From contig JAZDIG010000429.1 of NCBI GenBank assembly GCA_043805105.1, forward strand, positions 1-35,992: a stretch of 35,992 bases of DNA. The letters run 5' to 3'. Shown here piece by piece: positions 8,780 to 19,303 of this stretch. Both the position numbers and the translations under genes were made by a program. Below the pieces are notes generated by a model, which had not been told where the DNA came from, did no database searches, and worked only from the letters and a program-made list of their open reading frames with translations. This stretch comes from Candidatus Glassbacteria bacterium (GTDB lineage Bacteria; Gemmatimonadota; Glassbacteria; GWA2-58-10). Position 1 is the first letter of the stretch; every line of letters begins with the position of its first letter.

Positions 8780-9508
8780 TTAGAAAGCCACTCCTGTCCC
8801 AACCCTGAAATTGGCTCCGTACCCTGCGAGCCAACGAACTTCCGGCGAGATTATGAAGTTCTCCACCGGAAAGATGTTCAGGCCGAACGCCGCGCCTGCC
8901 ACCGGCTTGAATTCACTCTTGGTCTGGCGAGAATGACCGCTTCCATCATCGCCAGGAAGCGGCTGGTCGCTACCAAATAAATAGGTGGTCACCGGATGAT
9001 AAAAGTACTCATAATTGGTCCGGTGTTGGGTAGCGGCGAATCCAAGAATGGCCCCGATAACCGGTTCCACAACCAATCGGGAGCCGTTTTCTGACACCAG
9101 ATTGATGTAGAGGGTCCCGGTTACCAAATGACGCGTTCCGTCTTCGGTCTTTGTGGAATAAGTCAACAGGTCATCAGGATGGATATTAAACTGTGAAATA
9201 TCCATTCCTAACTGCTCGGCGATACGGATAGCGTCTCGTCCTCTGTCATTTAGGACACGATCGTACTCCCAACCGGATTTCTCCATGGCCTGACCCATAT
9301 AGTCCAAGCCGAAGGAAAACCTTCCTTCCATGCCGAGCTTGACGCCAGCGCCGAAACTGGGTTGGCCCGTGAACTCCCATTCGTTGTAGGGGCCGGTCGG
9401 AGCCACGGACATTGAAACGTGGCCGAGGAAAGCTGTCTTGGCCTGGGCCTCGTTGTAAAGCAGTAGGCCGCCCATAAGCAGCCCGAGAGCGAGAAGCTGC
9501 CTTCTCAT
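8780..9508 (-). CDS. Secreted protein with outer-membrane beta-barrel features
   Basis: SD AAGGAGG; signal peptide ending AQA; amphipathic strands (FGAGVKLG, VAGAAFGLNIFPVENFIISPEVRW, NFRVGTGVAF) and terminal Phe. Confidence 0.7.
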   Translation of the reverse strand: MRRQLLALGLLMGGLLLYNEAQAKTAFLGHVSMSVAPTGPYNEWEFTGQPSFGAGVKLGMEGRFSFGLDYMGQAMEKSGWEYDRVLNDRGRDAIRIAEQLGMDISQFNIHPDDLLTYSTKTEDGTRHLVTGTLYINLVSENGSRLVVEPVIGAILGFAATQHRTNYEYFYHPVTTYLFGSDQPLPGDDGSGHSRQTKSEFKPVAGAAFGLNIFPVENFIISPEVRWLAGYGANFRVGTGVAF

Positions 9509-9564
9509 TTCTTCCTCCTTGTTGAGTTGTTAAAAAGCCGGAGATTGATAAAGTTCTATCAAAT

Positions 9565-9594
9565 ATTATAGATGATAATGATTATCAATGTCAA
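9565..9594 (-). promoter_or_regulatory. Consensus sigma70 promoter with a Fur-box-like operator in the spacer
   Basis: Minus strand TTGACA (9594-9589)-N18-TATAAT (9570-9565); perfect 7-1-7 dyad TGATAATGATTATCA at 9573-9587. Confidence 0.7.
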
Positions 9595-9652
9595 GAGGCC
9601 CCCTGTGGACAATTTTCTCTTCCAATTCACTGTCAAATCAGCGCCCTCAAAT

Positions 9653-9679
9653 AAAAGGAGCAGAAAAAATCTGCTCCTT
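9653..9679 (-). terminator. Intrinsic terminator after the lipoprotein gene
   Basis: AAGGAGCAGA-AAAAA-TCTGCTCCTT hairpin with T run on the minus strand. Confidence 0.7.
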
Positions 9680-9700
9680 GGAAGTAACCGATCTATGGGT

Positions 9701-10168
9701 TTAAAGAGACTTCTCAATCTGTTCGTAAAGCCAATTTTCCAACTTAGTTACAATGGCCTTATTATCCTTACTCACCTCATGCCAGGTCACTTTCTCTGAC
9801 ATTGATTCCAGCCTGCAGATAATTGCCGCCTTTGTCTTGTCCTGAGAAATTTTCTCAAGGGATATGGCATAGTTGTACCTCAGTGTGATTGAACCAAAAA
9901 GACCCAATGCCTGTAATTGAGTTGGCCCTTGAACATAATCAGTAACAATTCTCCCCCCGTCTTTGTCAGAAGAAGAAATTCCAATTCTCTCTCTTTCAAG
10001 CACGCGCATCACAGACGACCAAATTTGATCGTAAGTTGCGTCATATGTAGTGTTAGGTTGGAAGTTGGCTGTGGGTTCTGGAAACTTCGCTTTGCTGATG
10101 TTAGCACAGCCGGATAAATAACCGATCCCATAGAGACATATTATTGATGTTAAAATTGCGCACCTCAT
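9701..10168 (-). CDS. Lipoprotein, BamC-like/helix-grip domain
   Basis: Lipobox YLSG-C; YDATYDQIWSSVMRVL...ISSSDKDGGRIVTDY pattern; SD GGGAGG before ATG 10168. Confidence 0.72.
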   Translation of the reverse strand: MRCAILTSIICLYGIGYLSGCANISKAKFPEPTANFQPNTTYDATYDQIWSSVMRVLERERIGISSSDKDGGRIVTDYVQGPTQLQALGLFGSITLRYNYAISLEKISQDKTKAAIICRLESMSEKVTWHEVSKDNKAIVTKLENWLYEQIEKSL

Positions 10169-10267
10169 AGTGATCCCTCCCATTCGGAATGTCTGATGTT
10201 TGGCTTTGAAGATGACCTAAGCAAGTGGATCCCTTTTATGGCTGTCGCTATGGCATGGAATACTTAT

Positions 10268-10383
10268 TCAGAAAAAGTAAGTGATCGCAAATCCCAGCGA
10301 AAAACTGCCGTAATCTACAGGAACTGACTCCGAGCTGTATGAAGAGCCGGACTCGGAAATTTTCAAGGTGATGGTTGAATAGA
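10268..10383 (-). pseudogene. 3' remnant of an outer-membrane beta-barrel gene cut by the IS
   Basis: Frame reads STITLKISESGSSYSSESVPVDYGSFSLGFAITYFF* up to the IS end; terminal beta-signal YFF; no start codon outside the IS. Confidence 0.5.
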
Positions 10384-11409
10384 TTATTGGGGCTATGTCG
10401 ATGATTCCGGTACATACTATATTTTGTGGTCTGATAATCTACCTTGGGTGTTTTTAATTAGAGACTTCACAAGCACTGGTTTCACGCTTACAGATTGCTG
10501 AACTAAGCGGTAAAAGAGTTTGCCCCTTGAGTAAGAAGTCCTGCGATTGAAACGGAATGTGAATTCGTCCAGATAGTAAGCCAGGTGTTCATGGCTGACA
10601 GCGCCTTGATAAGTACCCAGAAGCCAACGCTTCAGAAGACTGGCGACACGATGGCAATAGGGCAACAAGTTATCCCCAAGCTGGGCATCTTTCCGGATGA
10701 CCTCGTGCTTGTATCCTTTCTGTTCAAGGCGACTGTACCCAAGCCATCCATCTGTCTGGATAAGAGTGCCAGACTCCATCATCTGTTCAAGGGCTTCCTC
10801 AAGACTAGCGGCGGAGGCATCTGGTATAACAGTCAGTCGGATTCGACCGATGCGCTTGCCATCTTTCTGGGCGGCGACCAGAACCAAAGATTTTCCCTCA
10901 GCTCCGCGTCCACGCTTTCCAATTCTTTCGCCACCAATAAATGTTTCGTCAACCTGGACAATGCCCGAAAGCCGATCTCGGCCGGGACGAACCATCGCCC
11001 GCCGCAGCTTATGCAACCAAGACCAGGCGGTGCGGTAACTACCAAGTCCGAGTGTCCTTTGAACTCCAAGCGCATTTGCGCCGTACTTCTGGCTGGTGAT
11101 CTGCCATATGGCCCGAAACCAAAGAGTAAGCGGTTTCTTCGTATCTTGAAAAATAGTGCCTGCTATGACCGAGGTCACAAGCCCACAGCCTACACATTCG
11201 TAATTCCCATTGCTCCGAATCCATGCTTTCTCACTGCCACAACGCCGACAACGGAATCCCTGGGGCCACCTGAGATTGCTCAAATAATGCCGACAGGCCG
11301 CTTCCGTTCTGAACCTCTCCTCCAGTTCAAGCATCGTTTTCGGATATTCCTCCATGAGAAGGAATACTATATGTAGTAGTCACCGCAGTCAAGTGCATAG
11401 CCCCAATAA
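10384..11409 (-). mobile_element. IS1595-family insertion sequence
   Basis: Perfect 14-bp terminal inverted repeats TTATTGGGGCTATG / CATAGCCCCAATAA extending imperfectly to about 36 bp; true ends may lie a few bp inward; no target duplication seen. Confidence 0.88.
10417..11355 (-). CDS. IS1595-family DDE transposase
   Basis: N-terminal zinc ribbon (RWPQGFRCRRCG...YECVGCG), VQVDETFIGG, IQTDGWLGY, YLDEFTFRFNRR. Confidence 0.95.
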   Translation of the reverse strand: MEEYPKTMLELEERFRTEAACRHYLSNLRWPQGFRCRRCGSEKAWIRSNGNYECVGCGLVTSVIAGTIFQDTKKPLTLWFRAIWQITSQKYGANALGVQRTLGLGSYRTAWSWLHKLRRAMVRPGRDRLSGIVQVDETFIGGERIGKRGRGAEGKSLVLVAAQKDGKRIGRIRLTVIPDASAASLEEALEQMMESGTLIQTDGWLGYSRLEQKGYKHEVIRKDAQLGDNLLPYCHRVASLLKRWLLGTYQGAVSHEHLAYYLDEFTFRFNRRTSYSRGKLFYRLVQQSVSVKPVLVKSLIKNTQGRLSDHKI

Positions 11410-11476
11410 CTTAATCTTAATATAAAATAGCCCCGGAAATCAATCCGGGATTTATTATTACAGACTATGGAATAAT

Positions 11477-12493
11477 TCAGAGAGTCCGGCCCTCGGCCTT
11501 GAGTATGGGCTTGAGGGATTTAATCAGCTCGTCGAACGCATCCGGAGTCAGCGACTGCTCGCCGTCCGACAGGGCGCGCTCGGGGTCGATATGCACTTCG
11601 ATGATCGCGCCGTCCGCGCCGCAGGCGGCCGCGGCCTTGGTCATCGGCCCCACCAGGTCGGGCACTCCGGTGCCGTGGCTCGGGTCCACGATAATCGGCA
11701 GGTGGCTCAGCTTCTTGATCAGCGGCACTGCCGAAAGGTCGAGGGTGTTGCGGGTGGCGGTTTCAAAAGTGCGGATACCGCGCTCGCAGAGGATCACGTT
11801 CGGGTTGCCCTGGCTCACGATGTATTCGGCGCTCATCAGGAACTCGTTGACCGTGGCCGAAAGCCCGCGCTTCATGAGTACCGGCTTATCGATCTGGCCC
11901 ACCTGCTTGAGCAGGGCGAAGTTCTGCATGTTGCGCGCCCCGATCTGCATTACGTCGGTGTAGCGCGCCACCAGGGGGATGTCCTGCGGCGTAACCACCT
12001 CGGTCACGATCGGCAATCCCGTGGCCTCACGCGCCTGGGCCAGGAGTTCCAGCCCCTCCTCCTCCAGTCCCTGGAAGCTGTAAGGGCTGGTGCGCGGCTT
12101 GAAGGCCCCCCCGCGCAGCAGCCTGGCCCCGGCCTTTTTCACCCGCTTGGCCGTTTCGACGATCTGGTCGCGGTTCTCCACCGAACAGGGACCGGCGATT
12201 ACCACGAACTGTTCACCGCCGAAAGCGGCCTCCCCCACCCGGACGATGGTTCTTTCCTCTTTGAGCTCGCGGCTCACCAGCTTGTAAGGCTTGAGGATGG
12301 GGATGACCGATTCCACGCCGGGGACCGATTCCAGGCTTTTCAGACGGAACTTGCCCCGCTCGTCGCCGATCGCGCCGATCACCGTGCGCTGGGCGCCGTA
12401 AATGGGATGGACCTTGTAGCCCAGCTCCCGGATACGGTCGAAAACGTGGTCGATCTGCTGGCGCGTGGCGCCCTCTTGCATGACGATAATCAT
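11477..12493 (-). CDS. aroF: DAHP synthase type I-beta with N-terminal regulatory domain (downstream copy)
   Basis: [63 protein letters not shown]. Confidence 0.95.
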   Translation of the reverse strand: MIIVMQEGATRQQIDHVFDRIRELGYKVHPIYGAQRTVIGAIGDERGKFRLKSLESVPGVESVIPILKPYKLVSRELKEERTIVRVGEAAFGGEQFVVIAGPCSVENRDQIVETAKRVKKAGARLLRGGAFKPRTSPYSFQGLEEEGLELLAQAREATGLPIVTEVVTPQDIPLVARYTDVMQIGARNMQNFALLKQVGQIDKPVLMKRGLSATVNEFLMSAEYIVSQGNPNVILCERGIRTFETATRNTLDLSAVPLIKKLSHLPIIVDPSHGTGVPDLVGPMTKAAAACGADGAIIEVHIDPERALSDGEQSLTPDAFDELIKSLKPILKAEGRTL

Positions 12494-12542
12494 CGGCGGA
12501 TGCCCCTTAGCCCGGCTTATTCACAAATCATCGTAAATCCTC

Positions 12543-12622
12543 GTAGGGGTGGACCCCTGTGTCCACCCGTTGTTCGGAAATTTCTCGATGGTAATCGGGC
12601 GCACACTGGGGTGCGCCCCTAC
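12543..12622. repeat. GTAG-type REP doublet
   Basis: GTAGGGGTGGACCCCTGTGTCCACCCG ... CGGGCGCACACTGGGGTGCGCCCCTAC in inverted orientation; degenerate sibling at 35034-35097. Confidence 0.75.
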
Positions 12623-12678
12623 AAAAAACTTGAAAGACAAATTTTCAATTATCCTGATTAATACTCTTTTCAGGTGAT

Positions 12679-13743
12679 TCAGGAAACCTTTTCGGCGACC
12701 AGGTCGCCCACTTCGCTGGTGCTGAAGCCCATCTTGCCGGCGGCCAGGCTCTTGATTTTATTGGCGCAGGCCCACTTGACCGCCTCTTCGATGTCCCGGG
12801 CCATGGCGCTTTCGCCCAGGTCCTCGACCATCATCACGGCCGCACAGATCGCGGCCAGGGGATTGATCACTCCCTTGCCCGTGTACTTGGGCGCGCTGCC
12901 GCCGATCGGCTCGTACATCGAAACCCCCCCGGGGTTGATGTTGCCGCCGGCGGCGATCCCCATGCCGCCCTGCACCATGGCGCCCAGGTCGGTGATGATG
13001 TCGCCGAACATGTTCTCCACCACGATCACGTCGAACCACTCGGGGTTTTTCACCATCCACATGCAGGTGGCGTCCACGTGGGCGTATTCGCGCTTGATGT
13101 CCGGGTAGTCCCTGGCGCCCACCTCGTGAAACGTGCGCTCCCAGAGGTCGCTGGCATAGGTGAGCACGTTGGTTTTGGCCACCAGGGTCAGGGTCTTTTT
13201 CCGGTCGCGCTTGCGGCAGTACTCGAAGGCGTAGCGGACGCAGCGCTCCACTCCCTTGCGGGTGTTGATCGAGGTCTGGATCGCCACCTCGTCCGGGGTG
13301 CCCTTCTTGAGGTTGCCGCCCGCGCCGGCATACAGGCCCTCGGTGTTCTCCCGCACCACCACGAAGTCGATGTCTTCCGGGCCCTTGTCCTTGATCGGAG
13401 TGTGGACGCCGGGATAGAGCTGGACCGGCCGGAGGTTGATGTAGTGGTCCAGGCCGAAACGCAGGGCCAGGAGCAGGCCCTTTTCGAGGATGCCCGGCTT
13501 GACGTCGGGATGCCCGATAGCGCCCAGCAGGATCGCGTCGAATTTTTTCAGCATCGGAATTGCATCGTCCGGCAGAATGACCCCGGTCGCCTTGTAATTT
13601 TCACCGCCCCAGTTGATCTGGGTAAAATCGAACTTCACCTTATGTTTGCCGCCGGCCGCCCTCAGTACTTTCAAGGCTTCGGCCACGACTTCCGGACCGG
13701 TGCCGTCTCCCGGAATCACCGCGATCTTGTAACTGGACGCCAT
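12679..13743 (-). CDS. leuB: 3-isopropylmalate dehydrogenase
   Basis: IAVIPGDGTGPEV, INLRP, VVRENTEGLY, NMFGDIITDLGA, EPIGGSAP; leu operon context. Confidence 0.93.
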   Translation of the reverse strand: MASSYKIAVIPGDGTGPEVVAEALKVLRAAGGKHKVKFDFTQINWGGENYKATGVILPDDAIPMLKKFDAILLGAIGHPDVKPGILEKGLLLALRFGLDHYINLRPVQLYPGVHTPIKDKGPEDIDFVVVRENTEGLYAGAGGNLKKGTPDEVAIQTSINTRKGVERCVRYAFEYCRKRDRKKTLTLVAKTNVLTYASDLWERTFHEVGARDYPDIKREYAHVDATCMWMVKNPEWFDVIVVENMFGDIITDLGAMVQGGMGIAAGGNINPGGVSMYEPIGGSAPKYTGKGVINPLAAICAAVMMVEDLGESAMARDIEEAVKWACANKIKSLAAGKMGFSTSEVGDLVAEKVS

Positions 13744-13815
13744 CTAACACTCCTCCGAATTTAGGAACCTTACGGTTGGTTAGGTCGGTCGCCTTGCACC
13801 CCCGGACAGCCGCGT

Positions 13816-14454
13816 TCAGCCTGTCGCCAGCCAGGAATGCTTCGCGTAATACTTCTTCTCGAACTCCTCTATCTTATCTGTGTATTGCAGGGTCCAGCCG
13901 ATCTGGTCCAGGCCGCGGACCAGGCAATCCTTGGCGAAAGCCGGAAAATCGAAACTGTAGGTTTTACCGGATGGAGTCAATACTTTCTGCGCGGGCAGGT
14001 CCACGGTCAGCTCGCAGCCTTGGTTCCCCTCGATCTCGCGGAACAGCTCCTCCACCTCGGCGCTTTTCAGCGCCACCGGCACCATGCCGTTCTGCGTGCA
14101 GTTGTTGAAAAAGATGTCGGCGAAACTGGGCGCGATGATACTGAGGAAGCCGTACTCCTTCAGGGCCCAGGGCGCGTGCTCGCGGCTCGAGCCGCAGCCG
14201 AAATTGTCGCGGGCCACCAGAATGCCCGCTCCCCGGTAGCGCGGCTGGTTGAGCACGAAGTCCGGGTTGGGCCGGGTTTCCTCGTCATCGAGGTAGCGCC
14301 AGTCGTGAAACAGATGCCGGCCGAAACCGGTCCGCTCGATCCTCTTCAGAAACTGCTTGGGGATGATCTGATCGGTGTCGACGTTCTGGCGGTCGAGGAT
14401 GGCCGCCAGGGCGGTATAACGGGCAAAAGGCTTCATTCTGTCCTCATTCGGCAA
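13816..14454 (-). CDS. leuD: 3-isopropylmalate dehydratase small subunit
   Basis: [46 protein letters not shown]; start 14454 or 14436. Confidence 0.96.
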   Translation of the reverse strand: MPNEDRMKPFARYTALAAILDRQNVDTDQIIPKQFLKRIERTGFGRHLFHDWRYLDDEETRPNPDFVLNQPRYRGAGILVARDNFGCGSSREHAPWALKEYGFLSIIAPSFADIFFNNCTQNGMVPVALKSAEVEELFREIEGNQGCELTVDLPAQKVLTPSGKTYSFDFPAFAKDCLVRGLDQIGWTLQYTDKIEEFEKKYYAKHSWLATG

Positions 14455-14457
14455 ATT

Positions 14458-15855
14458 TCAGTTAATTTCACGCGGGTCGGTGAAGTGGCCGGCCAGGGCG
14501 GCCGCGGCCGCCATCAGGGGGCTCACCAGATGGGTCCGGCCGCCCTTGCCCTGGCGCCCCTCGAAGTTGCGGTTGCTGGTCGAGGCGCAGCGCTCACCGG
14601 GCTGCAGACGGTCTTCGTTCATCGCCAGGCACATCGAACAGCCTGCCTCGCGCCATTCGAAGCCGGCCTCTATGAATATCCGGTCGAGACCCTCCTGTTC
14701 GGCCTGCTGCTTGACCAGTCCGCTGCCCGGCACCACCAGCGCCTCGACGCTCCCAGCCACCTTCCTGCCCCGGACGAATTCCGCGGCCTCCCGCAGGTCC
14801 TCGATCCGGGCATTGGTGCAACTGCCGATGAACACCTTGTCGATCCGGATTTCCCGGATCGGCGTGTTGGGGGCCAGGTCCATGTATTCAAGAGCCAGTT
14901 CGGCGGCCCGGCGTTGGTTGGGATCGGCGAATTCAGCCGGGTCCGGCACGCGGCCGTCGATGTCGGTGACCATGCCGGGGCTGGTGCCCCAGGTCACCTG
15001 CGGCCGCATGGAATCGATTCCCATGTCGACCACTTTGTCGAAAGGGGCGTCCGGGTCGGAGGGCAGCTTTTTCCAGGCGCTCTTCGCGCGCTCGAATTCG
15101 CGGCCCTGTGGAGCGTAAGGCCGGCCTTCGATGTAGGTAAAGGTGGTTTCGTCCGGCGCTATCATGCCCGCCCGGGCCCCGGCCTCGATACTCATGTTGC
15201 AGAGGGTCATGCGGCCTTCCATCGACATCCGCCGCACCACCTCCCCGGCGTACTCGATCACGTAGCCGGTCCCGCCGGCGGTGCCGATCCTGCCGATAAT
15301 GGACAGGATGACGTCCTTGGGCCGTATGTTCTCCGGCACGCGGCCGTTGACCCTGATCTGCATGGATTTGGGCCGGCGCTGCTGAAGGGTCTGGGTGGCC
15401 AGCACGTGCTCGACCTCGGAGGTGCCGATCCCGAACGCCAGAGCGCCGAAAGCGCCGTGCGTGGCGGTGTGGCTGTCCCCGCAGACAATGGTCATCCCGG
15501 GCAGGGTGAGCCCCTGTTCGGGCATGGTCACGTGGATGATCCCCTGGCGCCGGTCGTCGATGTCGAACAGGGTGACTCCGAACTGGAGACAGTTGTCGCG
15601 CAGGGTTTTTACCTGCCGGGCGCTCAGCGGATCGGCGATGCCCTGGTCGCGGAAACGGGTAGGCACGTTGTGATCCGGCACGGCGAAGGTGTTCCGGGGC
15701 CGGTGCACCTTGCGCCCGGCCAGCCGCAGAGCCTCGAAGGCCTGGGGCGAAGTGACTTCGTGCACCAGGTGCCGGTCGACGTACAGGATGGTGATCCCCG
15801 CCGCTTCCGACACGACGTGCGAATCCCAGATTTTCTGAAACATGGTTTTACCCAT
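14458..15855 (-). CDS. leuC: 3-isopropylmalate dehydratase large subunit
   Basis: [57 protein letters not shown]. Confidence 0.97.
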   Translation of the reverse strand: MGKTMFQKIWDSHVVSEAAGITILYVDRHLVHEVTSPQAFEALRLAGRKVHRPRNTFAVPDHNVPTRFRDQGIADPLSARQVKTLRDNCLQFGVTLFDIDDRRQGIIHVTMPEQGLTLPGMTIVCGDSHTATHGAFGALAFGIGTSEVEHVLATQTLQQRRPKSMQIRVNGRVPENIRPKDVILSIIGRIGTAGGTGYVIEYAGEVVRRMSMEGRMTLCNMSIEAGARAGMIAPDETTFTYIEGRPYAPQGREFERAKSAWKKLPSDPDAPFDKVVDMGIDSMRPQVTWGTSPGMVTDIDGRVPDPAEFADPNQRRAAELALEYMDLAPNTPIREIRIDKVFIGSCTNARIEDLREAAEFVRGRKVAGSVEALVVPGSGLVKQQAEQEGLDRIFIEAGFEWREAGCSMCLAMNEDRLQPGERCASTSNRNFEGRQGKGGRTHLVSPLMAAAAALAGHFTDPREIN

Positions 15856-15906
15856 GCGATACTCCTTGTTTCGTCGTTTTCAATACCGCTTTCCCATTCA
15901 GTCGGT

Positions 15907-17469
<1,563 letters not shown>

Positions 17470-17641
17470 TTCATGCCTCCCCGGATTTCGGGAAAAGAAA
17501 TAAAGATAATTTCAGTGTCAAATAAAGATCAGAATGAACAGCCCGGGCCTCTCCAGTCGGCCGGACGCAAGCTGGTCGTACAAAACCATCTGATCTGAAT
17601 GGCAAAATCGAACATGGCGGAAGGTCGCCTCTTGTTTGAAG

Positions 17642-18664
17642 TCAGCTCTCTCCGAGCGTTCTGCCGATTGCCCGGGCGATTATTTCGAGCTCTTTCATCA
17701 GTGTGTTGAACTGGTCCGGGTAGAGGCTCTGGGCGCCGTCGCTGACCGCTTTCGCCGGGTCGTGGTGCACCTCGATGATCAGTCCATCGGCTCCGGCGGC
17801 GATCGCCGCCCGGGCCATGGGCAGAACCTTGTCGCGGATCCCCGTCCCGTGGCTCGGGTCTGCGATCATCGGCAGATGGCTCAGCTTGTGCACCACCGGG
17901 ATGGCGCAGATGTCCATCGTGTTCCGGGTATAGGTTTCGAAGGTCCGGATGCCGCGCTCGCAGAGGATCACGTTCCGGTTGCCCCCGGAAAGGATGTACT
18001 CGGCGGCCATCAAGAGCTCCTCGATGGTAGCCGAAAGCCCCCTTTTCAAGAGTACCGGTTTGTCGATCCGGCTCAGGGCGCGCAGCAGCGTGAAGTTCTG
18101 CATGTTGCGCGCGCCCACCTGGAAGATGTCCAGAAAGGGCAGCATCGGTTCGATCTGGCTGGCGTCCATCACCTCGCTGACCACCGCCAGGCCGTGCCGG
18201 TCGGCGGCGTCCCGCATCATCTTGAGTCCCTCGACGCCCAGTCCCTGGAAACTGTAAGGGCTGGTGCGCGGCTTGAACGCGCCGCCCCTCAGGATCCGGG
18301 CGCCGCTGGCCGCCACCCGCTCGGCGATAATGTGGATCTGCTCGCTGCTCTCCACCGAACAGGGTCCGGCGGCCACCACCACCTGCCGGCCGCCGATCTC
18401 GATACCCTTTACCCGGACCACGGTGCTGGCTGGCTGGAACTGGCGGCTGGCCATCTTGTAGGGAGCGGAAATTCTCACCACCTCGGCCACGCCGTCGAGA
18501 ATTTCGAAGTCGCGGGTGTCTAAGGCGCTGGTATCGCCGATAGCGCCGATCACCGTGCGGTCGAGGCCGGTGGAACGGTGGGCGTCGAGCTTGAAGCCCT
18601 GCAGTTTTTTGATAACCGCCTGTATCTGTTCTTCGGTGGCGTCATGCGCCATGCTGATGACCAT
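17642..18664 (-). CDS. aroF: DAHP synthase type I-beta with N-terminal regulatory domain (upstream copy)
   Basis: [48 protein letters not shown]; start overlaps the chorismate mutase 3' end. Confidence 0.95.
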   Translation of the reverse strand: MVISMAHDATEEQIQAVIKKLQGFKLDAHRSTGLDRTVIGAIGDTSALDTRDFEILDGVAEVVRISAPYKMASRQFQPASTVVRVKGIEIGGRQVVVAAGPCSVESSEQIHIIAERVAASGARILRGGAFKPRTSPYSFQGLGVEGLKMMRDAADRHGLAVVSEVMDASQIEPMLPFLDIFQVGARNMQNFTLLRALSRIDKPVLLKRGLSATIEELLMAAEYILSGGNRNVILCERGIRTFETYTRNTMDICAIPVVHKLSHLPMIADPSHGTGIRDKVLPMARAAIAAGADGLIIEVHHDPAKAVSDGAQSLYPDQFNTLMKELEIIARAIGRTLGES

Positions 18665-18944
18665 CGCTCTTCCCTTCCTGCTCGGTCATTTCACGTTCGA
18701 GGCGTCTGGTTTCGTCGATAATGCGCTCGAAAAGCCTTCTGATCGCCGCATTCGACAGTGGTCCGGGATTATTCTGCTGCACGTGGTCAAAAATGAAGTC
18801 TTCCCTGTCCGGATTGTAGACCGGTGCTCCGAGTTTTTTCTTTATCAGGCCGATCTCCAGGGCGATCCTGGCCCGCTCGTTGAACATCTCGATCAGCTTT
18901 TCGTCGATCTCGTCGATCCTGACCCGCCAGTCGGAAATATCCAT
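18642..18944 (-). CDS. Chorismate mutase, AroQ type
   Basis: ISDWRVRIDEIDEKLIEMFNERARIALEIGLIKK...VYNPDRE...IRRLFERIIDETRRLE. Confidence 0.92.
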   Translation of the reverse strand: MDISDWRVRIDEIDEKLIEMFNERARIALEIGLIKKKLGAPVYNPDREDFIFDHVQQNNPGPLSNAAIRRLFERIIDETRRLEREMTEQEGKSDGHQHGA

Positions 18945-18995
18945 CGGGTGAATCCTCAGCTCGAGTCCGTGGATCCGGATTATGCACCGGATAGC

Positions 18996-19023
18996 AAAAA
19001 GCCACTATCTTGTGATAGTGGCT
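18996..19023 (-). terminator. Attenuator terminator upstream of chorismate mutase
   Basis: Minus strand AGCCACTATC-ACAA-GATAGTGGCT then TTTT; lies between the promoter and the first gene. Confidence 0.88.
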
Positions 19024-19066
19024 CGGTTTCTCGGCAAGTGCAATCTACTGTCTGCGGTGTAATCCT

Positions 19067-19076
19067 CCACTATCAC
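19067..19076 (-). promoter_or_regulatory. Antiterminator segment
   Basis: Minus strand GTGATAGTGG is perfectly complementary to CCACTATCAC (19021-19012), the 5' arm and loop of the terminator. Confidence 0.8.
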
Positions 19077-19083
19077 GCCGGCA

Positions 19084-19122
19084 TTAATTCGGAAATAGAA
19101 GGTACAAGTACAAGTAACTCAC
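19084..19122 (-). CDS. Attenuation leader peptide MSYLYLYLLFPN
   Basis: GGAG SD (19132-19129), 6 nt, GTG AGT TAC TTG TAC TTG TAC CTT CTA TTT CCG AAT TAA: 3 Tyr, 4 Leu, 1 Phe in 8 consecutive codons. Confidence 0.82.
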   Translation of the reverse strand: MSYLYLYLLFPN

Positions 19123-19178
19123 TTCACGCTCCAAACGGCTTCGAGGACACTTCAGCAGCAGATTTTCCAATTAAGCTT

Positions 19179-19207
19179 ATTTTAAGTAAACTCGTCCGTC
19201 CAGTCAA
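19179..19207 (-). promoter_or_regulatory. sigma70 promoter of the aro-leu operon
   Basis: Minus strand TTGACT-N17-TAAAAT. Confidence 0.7.
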
Positions 19208-19303
19208 GAAATTTATCGTCATTACCGGCCGCGGCCTTTAATCTGTTCCGGCCATTCCGGGTTCACAGACAAACAAAAAGCTCGAAAGCGGGCCGCTGCC
19301 GGG

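Noticed and set aside
10585-11376. 263-aa ORF antisense to the transposase
   Set aside because: Shadow ORF with no independent coding signal.
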